Of a stretch of 64,000 nucleotides of DNA, positions 47,435 to 60,885 are shown in pieces. The notes under the pieces are model-generated. The model made no database searches and was not told the origin of the DNA. It saw only the letters and a list, made by a program, of their open reading frames with translations. The stretch is from NCBI GenBank assembly GCA_010909165.1, contig MU008196.1, forward strand, positions 310,001-374,000. Reading direction: 5' to 3'. The number at the start of each line of letters is the position of its first letter. The first letter of the stretch is position 1. This DNA is from Anthoceros angustus. Lineage: Eukaryota; Plantae; Anthocerotophyta. The translations under genes and the position numbers were made by a program.

Positions 47435-48682
47435 TTTACAAGGGGCACATTTTTTGCAGCTTCCACAGACGGTTTGGTTTCTTTTGGATTCACACAAATC
47501 TCCTGCTAGCCTCTCAATTAGTTCCCTTCTCAACCCCTCTCACCATCGTCTGGGTGTTTAGTCACTCCTTCACCCAATCTTCTCCCTCTCTCTCTCTCCT
47601 CAATTCCCGCAGCTTCCATCCACTCAACACTTCGCAATTGAACACAACTAGCGGGGGACAAGTGTGAAGGAAAGAAGAACCCCAGGCGTCACGGCGTTAC
47701 GAGCAAGCTCGGACGCCCGCGCCAATCCCTTGGTTTCCTCCTCCTTTGTCAAGATTGCTTTATCACCCCTCCTCCCAGTGCAAGCTCTCGACCACCCCTA
47801 GGGCGTCTCGCGCACTGCGCCTCTCATCGATCGGACGTCTCCAACCAGCCACAGGCGTGGGGATCTCAACCGGGGAATTGCTCGGCGTGAGGGACCTAGT
47901 CGCCCCTCTTATACATGGTGGGGCACCACCGGATTTTAGGTCCTAAGATGGCTGCTCGCGAAGGGCGCCCACAATTCGGGCGATCCTAGGTCGATCGACA
48001 TCTAACCAAATTATCTTTAGGTTGCTACCACCTCACTCCTTCTCTGCGCTACCTCGACTTGGCCGCTCGTCCTCCATTCTTGCCACGAGCTCTCACCTTG
48101 CCGCTGGTCGGACGGGTTCTCCCACACTACTTCCACCTCCTCCTCTTGGCGTCTGAATTTGAGGTGTACCACCCTGGGCTTCGCATCTTCCGGCCTTTAT
48201 TGAGGATTATTCGGCTCCTCGTCCACCCAAGCTGGACCTCCTCCTCGCTCAACTCCTCCAAAGTCGCCTCCATAATAGGGAGCCAACCCCACAGGCGCGG
48301 TGGTAGAAGTATGCACCGGGTCCTCACTTGCGATGGGTAGGCCACAGTCCCTCCTATTTCCACACGCACATGGACGGTGAGGTTAAGCCGCGTTCTCCAT
48401 TCACATATAGACCGGGCACATAAGTTTCCTCATCCATGTGCCGTAATATAATAGGACCCCTGCTGCGGTGAGGTGCTTACCCCTCCTCCCGTAGGCTACA
48501 CCGTTGCTCGGCCTATGTCACGCCATGGCACGATCCATGCGCCGCACCTGCTTGGGTTGGTTGCGCCAATGTCGGTGGCGGTTTCGACTACTGTGATGGA
48601 CTCCACGGCCGTCGTTGATTCGACAAGCGGTGGGTGAGGTTTCGGCTACCTCGGTTCTTTGCTTCCGCTCGGTAGGCCTTCG

Positions 48683-51100
48683 CTACTCGATCGTGGTCAC
48701 GCTTCCCTTCCCTTTGTCCTTTCTGGCTCGGCCACGTGCCTCATCCCGCTCCCGTTTATACCGCTCCGCCAGCTTATGGGCCTTCTCCACTGAGGCCGCC
48801 TCCTGCTCCTGGGCTCGCAACAACTCCCCCTGCATCTCCTGGTTCGTCTCGTGGGCATCCTTAATTTGAGCCATGAGCGCTTCCTGCTGGCTCGTCATGG
48901 CCTGCAACTTCTCCTGGGCCCTGCACAAATCTTCTTGAATCTTGGCCCTTATTTCCTCTAGGTTCCGCTTGTCTTCCTCCAGTTGCTTGCGCTTGGCCTC
49001 TTCACAAACCCGGCCTTCACCACTTCCTCCCGCCCCGCACACCGAGCCGTGAGAGCTAAAGCCGCTTGATCCAACAACCGCTTGGGCCCGGATCATCGTG
49101 TGGGCCTCCGCAAGTCCACTTGTTGTGGCGGCCCGCGACGCCATCCCTCTGTCGAGAACTTTCCTCCCCAGAGGTGCACCCTCACCAATTCGGTTGCATC
49201 CACCTCTGTTGCCAGTGGAGTCCCCTTGAAAATCTCTTCCCATGCCGAGGAGGGTCCGCCTCGAGGTCGCCCTAAACCCTCGGAGTTGATTCATCATCCG
49301 CATCCAGTCGAAAATTGTCCTCGGATCGCGCCTCCTCTTACGCCACCTCCAACCGCCGCTTTCATTTTCAGAAGCGGCGCCTGCTGACCGTGACGCGCAT
49401 CCGCCTTCACCTTTTCACGATGCCGCCTTCACCCCGGTCTTCCTCCTTTGCTGGTGGGAATTTCCTTCTCCTCCTCCTCCTTGCCGCCACCGACTCCCGC
49501 CTATCCGATTTTTCCTCCTTGGGCTCCTCCGCCTTCCATTTCACCTCCCTAACCGGCTTCCACATGTGGAGGGAGGCTACAATCTCCACCGCGCAGCTAG
49601 CGTAAACATAAAGATGGACCGTAAATGGTGAGATTAGAGAGGCCGAGGCGAGGAAATCAAGTTCAACCTCTCTTCACACAACTTGTCGAGAGAATTCGCC
49701 TCAATCGATCTTCGCCTTGACCACTTCATGAAGGAACAAGAAGTGGTACAAATAATCCCGCTTCTTGTCAGGAAACATAGGAGCCACTGGCGGACCCATC
49801 AATCACACCTTAAATCCTCACAACCGCGTTCGCGACCACGCCCGCTTTAACGGGCGGTGCTGCTTTGCCGTGCTTCTTTTCTGGGCGGCTCCATCACCAA
49901 CCCGCCCGCCTCCTCTTCGCCCATACACCCTTCTAACCACAGTCCCAATCCTGCACCGCTCTAAATCCCCGTCATTTGTCCTGTGACGCGACACTCGCAC
50001 TCCCCCAGTTCATGTAATTCCACCGCTCTTCCATGAAACCCGGCTTGACTCCTTCACTCCTCCCCAGAACTTTCCAATGATCCATGTTCGGCCATTGGGC
50101 ACAATTCGGTGGTGACCTTGGGCGCCATCCCTCTCACGGTCTTCCTCCTTTTCTTTTGGAATTTCCTTCTCCTCCTCCAGGCCACTGCCACGACTCCCGG
50201 CTATCGATTTTTCCTCCTTGGGCTCCTCCGCCTTCCATTTCACCTCCCTAGCGGCTTCCACATGTGGAGGCTACAATCTCCACCTCGGGGCAGTTAGCGT
50301 AAACATAAAGATGGACGAAATGGTGAGATTAGAGAGGGCGAGGCGGAGGAAATCAAGTTCAACCTCTCTTCACACAACTTGTCGAGAGAATTCGCTAATC
50401 GATCTTCGCCCCTTGACCACTTCATGAAGGGCAAGTGGTCGGACAAATAATCACTTCTTGTCTGCGAAACATAGGAGCCACTGGCGGACCCATCAAGCTG
50501 TTGCCAAATCCCTCGTCAACCGGCCGTTGGGTTCTCGCCGCTTTAACGGGCGTGCTACTTCTTCTTGCTTCTTTTCTGGGCGGCTCCATCACCAACCGCC
50601 CGCCTCCTCCTTGCCGCCCATACCCTCCTAACGACTCCGGTCCCAATCCTGCGGCGCTCTAAATCCCCTTTGTTGTTGTCCTTGGTGGCGCGCACACTCT
50701 GCACAGTCCGAGTTCATGTAATTCCACCGCTCTTCCATGAAACCCGGCTTGACTCCTTCAGCTCCCATCGAACTTTCCAATGATCCATGTTCATTGCCAT
50801 TGGGCAAGCACAATTGTGGTGACCTTGGGCGCCATCCCTCTCACGGTCTTCACGGTCTCGCGCCACAAACCAACGCCACACTGGGGTCGGCCTGTGGTTC
50901 CTACCTCCTCGGCAAGGCGCGCTGCCGCGCCTTCCTCCTCTGCGTCGCGCCTCGCGATGTCACCGACGGGGTTCGAGCTCCTTCCCGCCGTCGTTGCGCC
51001 TCGCGCCTCCTCCTCCTTGCCGCCCGCCTCCTCCGCCTTCACCACTTCCTCCCGCCGCCCGCCCGCTGCGGCCGTTGTTTGAACGGGATTCGCATTTCCT
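48683..51100 (-). pseudogene. U3-encoded ORF of LTR-G (acidic/basic N-terminus, DW-type domain, coiled coil)
   Basis: Across frames: (W)VRQWLLCFADK, HEVVKAKID-GEFSRQVV-RE-ELDFL-SASLISPF-VHLYVYA, SLHMWKP-REVKWKAEEPK; 206-aa coiled-coil ORF at 48683-49303. Confidence 0.62.
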
Positions 51101-52383
51101 AGGGTTAAGTTTCCTGTGTTCCCCTACTCCTGCTCGACCTACGACCGCTTCCACATCCCAATCCACAACCCCACACTCATTCTCTGCGTCGGTCGACCCC
51201 AACTTATAGACTTGTCACATTCTAATTATTCCAAACCCCCTATCTCACATATATAGACTTTTTAGGGAACATTCCGAGTCCATGGGCCAAGGAACACCAA
51301 ATTCGGACCATTTATTTTCTAACTTAAAAATCAAAACAAGAAAGAATCCATAGGCCAAGGGCATTTCTTCTATAAATACCTCGCCTACTACCAACCCGAC
51401 TTATTTTCACACCACATCCCAAAAACAAAAAAACACTTGTGCCCCCAACAGGGGCGTCAAGTCGATCAGTCGGATCGTCACACTTGCGCCCTCCCTCTTC
51501 AGCGCAGCATGGGTGTGTGTACGGCGCGATGGTGTGTGGGGGTCTCCTTGAGCTCGCGATCGGGCGGCACCTTCCTGCGGTGAGTGCGTCTTCCACTTTC
51601 AAAGTTGGCTTCCTGCACACACACATGCAACGGCTTATGTATGACACCTGGGGTTAAGATGGGTAAATCCCACTCCCCTGCACCCTTGTATGTGTGCCAC
51701 GTGGCACCCTTCCCACCGTTGATGCTAGTTTCCTAATCCCCTTGTGCTAAAATACCATTTTCCCCTATTTCCTAATTTTTATTTGCTAAAAATTAGCCTC
51801 TAATTTCCTAATACCTATTTTGGCCTATTTATCTAGTCCACTAAAAGACCCTATATAGCAAGCCTATCACCTGCCTAAGACATAAGCTACCTTCCTTAGC
51901 AACCTATCTCCCTACTGGTAGGACACCCTCCTACCATGGTAGGAGTTTTTCCTCTTCTCCTACCATGGTAGGACTTACTCCTACGGCGGTAGGATACCTT
52001 CCTACCTGCTCCTACCATGGTAGGAGCCATTCCTACACTGGTAGGTGATCAGAACACTAGCAGGGTCATTCTCCTAAGTTGGTAGCATCTCTCCTACCCG
52101 CGTCTACCATGGTAGGAGTTTCTCCTGCGGTGGTAGGACACCTCCTGCCACTTATGTAGGTTACCTTTTCTCCTTGCCAAAAGGTCGTTTCGACCCATTT
52201 CTTTTTCCCTGCATATTTCCTCTGCCTTCCCAACAGGGTCCTACAACTCCAGCTCAAAAAGGAACAAAAAAGTTTCTTGCATGTCTCCACCAAACCATTT
52301 CTAGCAAAAGAATTTGGGCCTATTTCAAAACAAACTCACTTAAGCCAGTTGCCCAAACTTTTGCGTTCCACATACTCCCCTCC

Positions 52384-53300
52384 TCACCTGTTTGCATCCT
52401 CGCAAACAACAGATACCTCGGGCTGAATGTACTTCTTAACCTTCCACCCATTCACTCTAGTTGGTAGCAAATCTCCATCCACAACACGTAGTTGCACGGA
52501 TCCATTCTCATATACTGCCACCACCTCATAAGGTCCCATCCATCTCAACCTAAGCTGCCCTGGGAAGTCCATATAACGGCTATCATATAGAAGAACCAAA
52601 TCCCCGGCCATGATAGCTTCTTGCTTCCTCAACTACCCATCATGCCTATCCTTCCTAAGCTCCTGAATTCACTGGGTTTCTTCTAAAGCATCTTCCCTAC
52701 GCTCCTCTTGCTCTATGAAAGATTCTAGCCTAGCTACCTGGCTATCTTCTATCATGTATTCTTCCTCCATGATTCTATAGGTAGGTACTTCGAATTCCAC
52801 GGGCATCACAAGAGACATGCCATATGTTAAATAATGAGAGGTCTTCTTGGTTGTCACTTTCTCCGCTCTCCAAATTATGATGTTCTCGAAGAGAAACTTC
52901 GCCACTGTAGGTTCATCATCCTTCCTTGTTGCTCTTAGCCTCCATCATCTTTGTGCAATAGTCCGTAGCCACCAAGATATATTATTTCCTCGTCCATTTT
53001 GTGGGTGGCTTGATTGGACCCACAATGTCTAAGCCCCACTTCTCGAACGGTGCCAATAGCAGGTGTAAGTGAGAGGCCAATGTGTCGACAAAGTCGGCCT
53101 CCCAACCCGTTGGCATGCATCACACAATTCCGAACAAAATCCCACACATCTCCTTGCATCGTAGCCCACCAAAAGCCTGCATCCAAAATCTTCTTCATAG
53201 TAATTTGCATCGAGTAATGTCGTATCTCACCGTTCAACAAATAACGTGGACATGGGAGTCCTTCTCATTCTAACCTCCTCTTCCCATGCTCACCTCACCG
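52384..53300 (-). pseudogene. B' Gypsy integrase (core plus GPY/F)
   Basis: KKILDAGFWWATMQGDVWDFVRNC, AKFLFENII, GDLVLLYDSR...RWMGPYEV...VNGWKVKKY. Confidence 0.88.
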
Positions 53301-55754
53301 TTTCCCTCTAGCTTGTTCACCAGTGGATGTTTGTGCTATGACAAAACTAGCTTCTCACCGCGCCGATGTTGCATATTATACTGCAGTCGTGCACCTGCAT
53401 CTGGCATCATCGCCACCCCTTTATCTCCATGCTCCCTAGTCTCATGACTAGCCCCAGATCGTGCTCTAACAGCGATCTTCTCTCCATGCGTTTCACAGCA
53501 GCAATTTCCTGATCGACCGTGAATCGGTCGGCGCTTGCAATTCCACTGCAAGCACACCTTGAGGTGTGATTTCTCCACAATCCTCCTTCATACACGTCAC
53601 CATAGAGCCATCCTCACTCCTAGGCTCCAGCGCACACACCTCCTCAGCACACCATTTTTGTGTGCCACCTCTCCTTCCTCCAAATTGCGATTTCTTGGCA
53701 ATCTTTTCATCGATCCTTGCCACTATCGTGGGATCCACTTGCAACCCTCTTGACTGCTCACCCTTAAAGAGCACTCCTTGCCCTCCTTGTACACATGTTG
53801 TCACTTCTTTGCTTCATCTCGAACTCTTAGATTGACCTCCTGCAGCAAACCCTGCACAAAACCCCTTCCACGGACACTTGGCCCTTCTGCTTACAACACC
53901 TCTTGCTGCACAGCCTCAATCACACATGTACTTTGCCCACGTTCCTATCCTTCCAACCGTGCTACTGCTACCAACTCCTCGTCAGGAAATCGGTCATCAG
54001 CAGCCACAATCCGCTCACCAGTTTTCAGTCGAAAAATAAAGCCTGCATTCACATGCTCTTGCAACTTCTTAAACTCTTCCTACACCTCTACACTTAGAAA
54101 TCTTCGCTACCTTACCATATTCTAGCTCTAAGTTTTCTATGGCACATGGATCTACATGCGTTCCCTTGAACTCCTCCTTTCACTATTTCCCAAACATTTG
54201 TCAAGAAAGTTCATATCATAGGCCTTGCTTTTGCAGAAGGCTACATCCTTCTAGCAGCCGTGGTGGTACTCTCTCCAAGTAACCATAAATCCCCTCTACA
54301 TAATCATACAAAGACTCCCTCCTCTTCCTTCGCAGAGTCCTCAAGCCGACAGCGATGTGATGTGCATAGCTCAAACCACCAGGCGTTCAAAATATAGCTC
54401 TCAAATCATCCCAATGTAATGGTGGTGCAGCCCCATACATGCAACTATACCGCTGCTGGGCATGACCTCGAAGCACTCTAGGAAAATTTCGGAGACAATC
54501 CATGAGGCTTCCAAATTCGCATGAGACACATGTTCAAAGTTTGCACAAAAGCCTCAAAGATCTTCACCTCATTGCTTCTCCCCAAATCTCACATACTGCT
54601 GGCGGCTGTGGGGTGATTCACTCCCACCACCTCTACTTCCTCCACTCATGGTCGAGGGCGTCCACAAAACTGTGGGCACACCTCCCAACAAACTCCCTGC
54701 AATACTGGCAGTAAACAGATGCTGCCGGCAAGCGGGATGTAATGTACACAAACTTGGGCACACAAGCGCCTTAGTCCTCCTAACAAGCAAGGTTGAAAGG
54801 GCAGCAAGTTGGGCAATAATTCGATCAAGACCTTGCGAAAGCTCAGCCATTAGATCTCATACCCAACTTTTCCACTGCCAAATCTCACCCTCTTGCCTTC
54901 CTCCTCTTACGACGACAAACTCGAGCTAGAAGACCTTGATAATCCACGCTGAAAAAAGTCCTCCTCTTGCAGGAACGGAAGATGTACCTTGGAAATTACT
55001 AACCGCTGGCTCGGATTCTTGACCGTCACCCTTGATCAGCAAGTCCTCGGCAACGATTCCTTCCTCTCGCTATCCGTGAGCAAAACCTCCTCATGCTCTT
55101 AGACAACTGCCTCTTCTTCCTCAACGGAACCCTTGAAGATGTTAGCACATGTAGCTTCCTCTGCAAGAGCTCTCTCCTCCGCTCCTTCCTTTGCACATTG
55201 TCTGACACTAAGCTTTCTTCACGCACATGATTTCTCCGTTCTCACAATCCTTTTGCGAGACAAAAGCGATCTCCTCTCAACTCTTGCACAAAAATTACTC
55301 CCTCCCCTCCCCTAACTAGACATTTGCAAGCACGCTCATGCCCCTTCAAGACACGGTTGTCCAAAAAAACAAACGGCTTCTTGCATGTACTGTCCTTGTT
55401 ACGGAAGCCACACAAATCTCACAACTTAGAAGGCGTGGAGCCCCTTCTTCATAACGCGTGGGTATCAGGACACTGGGGTTTCATCATAAACACACGTTCC
55501 ACCCCTATGCAAGGTTTCCTCAACACACACTGCAATCTAGGCAATGAAATTCTTCCAACTTCATGACCATTTCAACAGCAAGTCCCCGGAAAAATATCAT
55601 CTTGACTCTCTAGAAAGATAGATAGATTCTATCCAATCTAGAATTAATATCTTTATAGAACATATGGATTTATTTAATTATCATATTATATGGAGAGTCT
55701 TTATGTAGAAAAAAAAAGAGATGGAAAAACCACCATCTAAATCGAAAAAAAAAA

Positions 55755-55978
55755 GAGTTGTGTTCCCCCCACTTCTTCGGAATCTCTTTCATGTCCATTA
55801 CCTTGAAGGTGAACACCTCACTGAATTCTCCCAACAATTGCTTTAGTCTATCCCTTATGGTGGGCTGCATTCCCTTCTTAAATTTGAGGCACTTTCCAAG
55901 CCTCACCTCCATACCCTCCATGTCACCCGGGTTAACAGCCTCTTGTTCCTGAGTCCGAACTGCGTCCAAAGCCCTCAT
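55755..55978 (-). pseudogene. Isolated Gypsy pol fragment (region just before RT)
   Basis: RDRLKQLLGEFSEVFTFKVMDMKEIPKKWGEH resembles the LL.E(Y/F).DVFA....D..GI.....EH segment preceding Gypsy RT. Confidence 0.65.
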
Positions 55979-56039
55979 CTTCCATTCTTGGGTCGTCTTG
56001 CCGCATCCCCCACTCTCGTGGCAGACTCCTTGCTGCTAA

Positions 56040-56200
56040 GGCATGACCTGCAATTGTGTTGTGTCGTTGTAGGTCGAGGATTGGTGAATTTTCAGAGCAG
56101 TGCAGGTGGTGCAGCTGCTGTGAGGGGAAGAGTAGTGGCGCCTTGCTTGTTGAGGAGGCTGAGGTAGTGTGTAGCTGTAGGCAGTGATTGATTTCCCAAG
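56040..56200 (+). mobile_element. Short R-U5 fragment of the giant-LTR family
   Basis: Matches 10800-10965 (gtgtcgttgtagg...gtgattgatttc.caagatc). Confidence 0.75.
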
Positions 56201-57747
56201 ATCCGACCGTTTAAACTATTTTGTTGCTTTATCTTATTTTTATTCAAAAGAATCTAATACCTATTTCTAAAATAAAAATTAAAAATATTTTGATTTCTTT
56301 TGGAAGGCTCTAATTAGAAAACAGCCTTTAAGAGATTTTCAAAATGAAATTGACCCATTTTGATAGGTTATTAAAATAAATTCAAATTAATTATAAATAA
56401 AATTCTCTTATGAGAAGACTTGTGCAGCTGGTCCGCCAGCGAAAGTATGCCCACATATGCCAAAACACCTTTCAAGTTCCCCCTCCCCTCTTCATCCTTG
56501 GACCACCGCAATTCCTCCTCGAGGATGCATTCTTTGACCACCACAAATCAGTGCACTCTGTGCTCACAAAACAAGAACTAGGCAGCCTACTCCACTCCGT
56601 GCTCCAGCAAGATGCTGTCAGGCGAGCATGTCAACCAAAAGAAGGGATGAGGATAGGGAACGGGGAGGCAAGCGAAAGAGAAGAGAGAACTTGAACGGGA
56701 AAGTCGTACTCGGTGACCAGTGAGGGTAAGTTTTTATTAAGGAAAGAGGAGATGAGTGAACCCATCTACTAAAAGGGCATCAAAGAGAGACCCCAAGGGT
56801 CACAGTGAAGAAGGAGTAACTAAGCTCCATGTCTAAAGTTACCTGACTAGTCAAGGCACCAAACCAGGAGTTTAATGGACTCCACGTGGAGTCTTCTACC
56901 ACAGAGCGGCTCCGTTTTTTGAAGTCACTAGGTCCCACCCATCGCTATGGACATGACTGCTTAGGTGGCGGTCATTACTTTCGGAATGACCACTCTCAAA
57001 TATGAGCATGCGAATGTGTGTCCCAATCCGTGCTGCCATTATCGGACCCAATATGTAGAGTGATAGGCGAAGCCATTAAAGAATATCTTTATTTATTTAC
57101 CTTTAAAATAGTATAATATGAGGATTGAATATCCTAATTAGAAACCCACCTCATTCTATTTAATACCCGTCCCTTCAACCCTTCTTGTGTTGTTCTGTGG
57201 TCCCTTATGTGTGTTCCGCTTTTGAATGTTTTGGGTTTTACTTTGGTTATGAGTGAACTGTGGTCTCTGATGTGTGTTCTGTTTTTGAAGTTCTTAGGTT
57301 TTATTTTGGTCCAAGCATTCTGTACCTTAGATCAGTACTTATAGATAGGGTTGTAGAAGGAGTGGATGCCCTTGGTGCAAGTAGCTTAGGCACACCATGG
57401 TACAAGTTGTTAGGTACTAAGTCCATGAATGGAAAATTCCGTCCGAGTGAACTATAATAGACAGTCCTCTACTCTTTTGTGCTTTTGAAGGTTATAGATT
57501 TTATTTTCGATATAGTTTAGATTTTATTTTCCTTTTTCGTTTCCAGGTATAGAATTGGGGGCGCATGGGAAAACAAATCTGCATAGGTGGCATATATAGG
57601 TGCTCCGTAGTTGGGGTGTATCCTCGAGAAAGCTAATCTGAAGACCTAGGTGGCATAGATAGGTTCTGGGTAGTGCAGGTGCCTCTGCAGTTGGAGCTTC
57701 AATTTTTGGGCCTTTGGCAAAGTTGGCTGAGGACACTCACAGCTGTC

Positions 57748-60236
57748 ATGGCAAAGTCTTTCGCCACCATGGCTGCTCGCGGGTGCGTCTGTAATGTCGC
57801 TGGCAAGAGCTGCGATACCCTCCGTCCCTCTGCCGCGCTGCGCCCGTCGTCACGCTCCTTATCCTCGGCTGCTGCGGTGGGAAGCTTCCACGCTCTCGTT
57901 GCAAACATTGATTCCACTTCCTGGAGGTCTCGTAAGCTCCATAATCTACACATCCGAGCAGTCTCCGACTCACAAAGTGCCAGCGGGGACAGTTGCCTCG
58001 ATCCAGATGCCGGGAGGGTACTTGAGTTAGAATTTATCGACTGTTGCCAGTCCTTCATGCTGTGGTAATGGGAGTTGGTGATTGTTGTGCTTACCATGTC
58101 TTTCGAACTTGCAGAGCGTGTTGGGGATTATATTGGGGAGGTGCCGGAACGCGACTGTATCCCTGACTAAGAAGCGAGCAAAGCCAGCAGTTCCTCTTGG
58201 GGCAAATTATCGTTTGATAGATATTCCGGTCAGCAACTGCATCAACAGCAATATTCAGAAAATTTATGTCCTCACGCAATTCAACTCAGCTTCTCTTAAT
58301 CGGCACTTATCGCGCGCCTATGCGAGTAACATGGGCGGCTACAAGAACGAGGGCTTCGTCGAGGTCCTAGCAGCTCAACAGAGTCCCGAAAACCCCAATT
58401 GGTTTCAGGTAAACTGTTGCTGCTGCCCTTTTGCTTTCAACGTGTAGTGGTGTTCGCAACCACATGTACAACGTTGGTGGCTTGTGTGACCGCAGGGAAC
58501 AGCAGATGCGGTCAGACAATATTTGTGGCTTTTCGAGGAGCAGCAAGTTTTAGAGTTCTTGGTATTGGCAGGGGACCATTTATACCGCATGGACTATCAG
58601 AAATTTATTCAAGTACATCGGGAGACTAATGCGGACATTACGGTCGCAGCTTTGCCAATGGACGAGAAGCGTGCAACGGCGTTTGGTCTGATGAAGATAG
58701 ATGATCAGGGACGTATTATTGAGTTTGCAGAGAAGCCCAAAGGCGACGCGCTCTCCGCAATGAAGGTCCAATCTTTCCCTTTGTACTTGTGGAGGTTGGA
58801 GACTTTTGAGCGTAAAGCAGCTAGCTGACAGTGGCCTCAGTTTAACAGGTGGATACTACAGTACTGGGTTTGGATGGGGAGCGAGCGAAAGAGTTGCCCT
58901 ATATAGCAAGCATGGGTATTTATGTCGTGAGCAAAGAAGCCATGATAAAACTCTTGCGAAATGACTTTCCAGAAGCTAATGATTTTGGAAGTGAAGTTAT
59001 TCCTGGTGCAACTCGGATAGGGATGAAGGTATGCTGTTAATCCATACTTGACCAGCTCCAAGTTACTGGAGAAAATGTTTGCCAAGCAATGCACAGTGAG
59101 GTGGTAAAGGTTGTTTTAGTCTTTGGGTGCTGATTTTTTGTAGGTCCAAGCATATCTCTATGATGGTTACTGGGAAGACATTGGGACCATTGAGGCGTTC
59201 TACAACGCAAACTTAGGCATTACGAAGAAACCAATTCCTGACTTCAGGTCTCTTATCCCCACCCATGTTTTTGCGCTTTGGGCATCTTCACGCTGGTACT
59301 TTGACTTGAGTGCGCTGCTGACTGGTTATTCCCGTTAGCAGTTTCTATGACAGATCTGCCCCTATCTACACTCTTGCCCGATTCTTGCCTCCGTCCAAGA
59401 TGCTAGATGCTGATGTCACTGACAGCGTAATTGGCGGCTGTGTCATTAAGGTCCGGAGTTCTCACTTGTAATGTTGATGAATGTAGTGGGGACAGATTGA
59501 ACTTAAATTGTAATCCAAAACAAATGATGTGGTGGATCCAGGAGTTGCGTTGTTCGGTTGCTGATACTTGTGTATTGCAGAATTGTAAGATACATCACTC
59601 TGTCGTGGGCCTACGGTCCTGGGTTGGAGAAGGAGCCTTTATAGAAGATGCCCTCCTTATGGGTGCTGACTACTATGAGGTAATTAACACTCTTTCAGAC
59701 TTGAGTCTTGGTGCCCATCCTTTTTAACATTTCTGCTGGTTGTGTTGGTCTAACATGTTCTATGCCCTTTGTCCCTCTGTTCTTGATAGTATGTTGACGA
59801 GCGCATCTTGTCTGACCTTTTTTTTTCTGCTTCTACAGACAGATGGGCAGCGTCAAGAGCTGTTAGCTGCAGGAGGCATTCCAATTGGAATAGGTCGGAA
59901 TTCCATCATCAAGAGGGCTATAATTGACAAGAATGCCCGCATTGGAGAGAATGTGAAGGTACGTCTTTGTTATCCCTTGTTTTGCGTTTTTGTGCGTCAG
60001 TTCAAGGATGAGAATATTATTTTTAATTAATGTAAAAAAGTTTTAATAGGTTTTGTTACAGCGTAATATGGGAAGACTACTTGACTGATGTCTGGTGGCG
60101 TATTTGATATGGTTTCCAGATTGTAAATAAGGATGACGTACAAGAGGCAGCGAGGGAGACGGATGGGTACTTCATAAAGGGTGGGATTGTCACGATCATA
60201 AAGGATGCAATTGTTCCAAACAACACGATTATCTAA
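57748..60236 (+). CDS. APS1: ADP-glucose pyrophosphorylase small subunit, plastid-targeted. Exons 57748-58017, 58115-58408, 58496-58765, 58849-59028, 59144-59247, 59342-59450, 59581-59679, 59839-59958, 60120-60236
   Basis: [42 protein letters not shown]|[54 protein letters not shown]; nine exons with GT-AG introns. Compensating homopolymer deletions at 58136-58165 read as sequencing errors. Confidence 0.95.
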
Positions 60237-60885
60237 AGAACAGCGTTTGAAGGACGTTGGTGTTGCACTATGGCCCAGACACGAGGTGGATGGGCTTCCG
60301 TAGACTAAAAGCTTGAAGAGAGAATCAGACCGTCTCTATTAAATGCAGAAGTGATTCCTGCCGGCTTGTTTCGATGTCCTAGCTTTGTGTACCGACTTCG
60401 GATTGTGTCACTTATGAGGAAACACTAAGTTGAGCCTGAACTTCGGTGGGCCATGGATACCAAATATGGAATGGCATCGCGGGTGCTCTTTTCCCCAGTA
60501 GATTGTCTCTCCATAGCAATGTCACCGTCTTGGCATTCATTGCTTCTGTTACTACCGTGGTGCCGTTCTCTTGTCGCCTGAGATCGTCGTTGTGGGTCGA
60601 TCCGTCGGCCGTCCAATCTTGGATAATTCACTGAGTTGTTTCTTTGTGCGCGATCTGTCATCTCTGCGAGTCACCGCCAGCGGGTAAGCATGCCAGTCTC
60701 AACGCTGTCTTTCGCCAATTCATGGAGGTGCCACTGGTCTCTTGATCCGATGTTGCACTCTTCTGAGCGTGTTGCGGATGTGATTGCCACCCGCTTCTAA
60801 GCTTCTGACACTGGGGATCGGCATGCGTGATCGATCAGTCCGTGCCCTGCCTCAGTGTGGATCAGTGGATTTCTGCAGTCTGGTG

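Larger units (their letters stand above)
45120..48606. repeat. 1.78-kb tandem duplication spanning the B'/G junction
   Basis: 45120-46896 repeated from 46897; junction at GACTCCACG. Confidence 0.85.
47052..51482 (-). mobile_element. Solo giant LTR 'G' (4431 bp including a 700-bp duplication) of a third Gypsy family
   Basis: TSD CTTGC (47047-47051 and 51483-51487) restores the B-type sequence gttgcccaa-cttgc-gccc; ends TGTG...CACA; no PBS or internal domains. Confidence 0.82.
44540..55595 (-). mobile_element. Element B': B-family Gypsy lacking its 5' LTR. PBS remnant, gag N-terminus, internal deletion (PR/RT), RH C-terminus, integrase, PPT, and 3' LTR (52372 to 44540, truncated, containing solo LTR G)
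   Basis: CCGGGGACTTG leader as in A; FVQTFEHVSHANLE near 54540; RH tail near 54090; integrase GPY motif LRLRWMGPYEVV; PPT then TGTGGAACGC; 51640-52372 homologous to 41200-41915. Confidence 0.8.

Noticed and set aside
43500-51300. Numerous 60-150 aa six-frame ORFs in GC-rich LTR sequence
   Set aside because: Shadow or alternate frames of LTR repeats with low-complexity translations; only frames conserved between families were accepted.
55300-55560. Possible protease C-terminus on the minus strand
   Set aside because: The nucleotide sequence aligns with the post-PBS leader of Gypsy-A (ccggggacttg..ttgaaa), so it is 5' leader.
56410-56694. 94-aa ORF or possible gene fragment between the TE cluster and AGPase
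   Set aside because: No recognisable motif on either strand and no supporting exon structure.
57748-60236. AGPase as a pseudogene
   Set aside because: All nine exons and splice sites are present; the lesions are homopolymer-type and frame-compensating, consistent with sequencing error.
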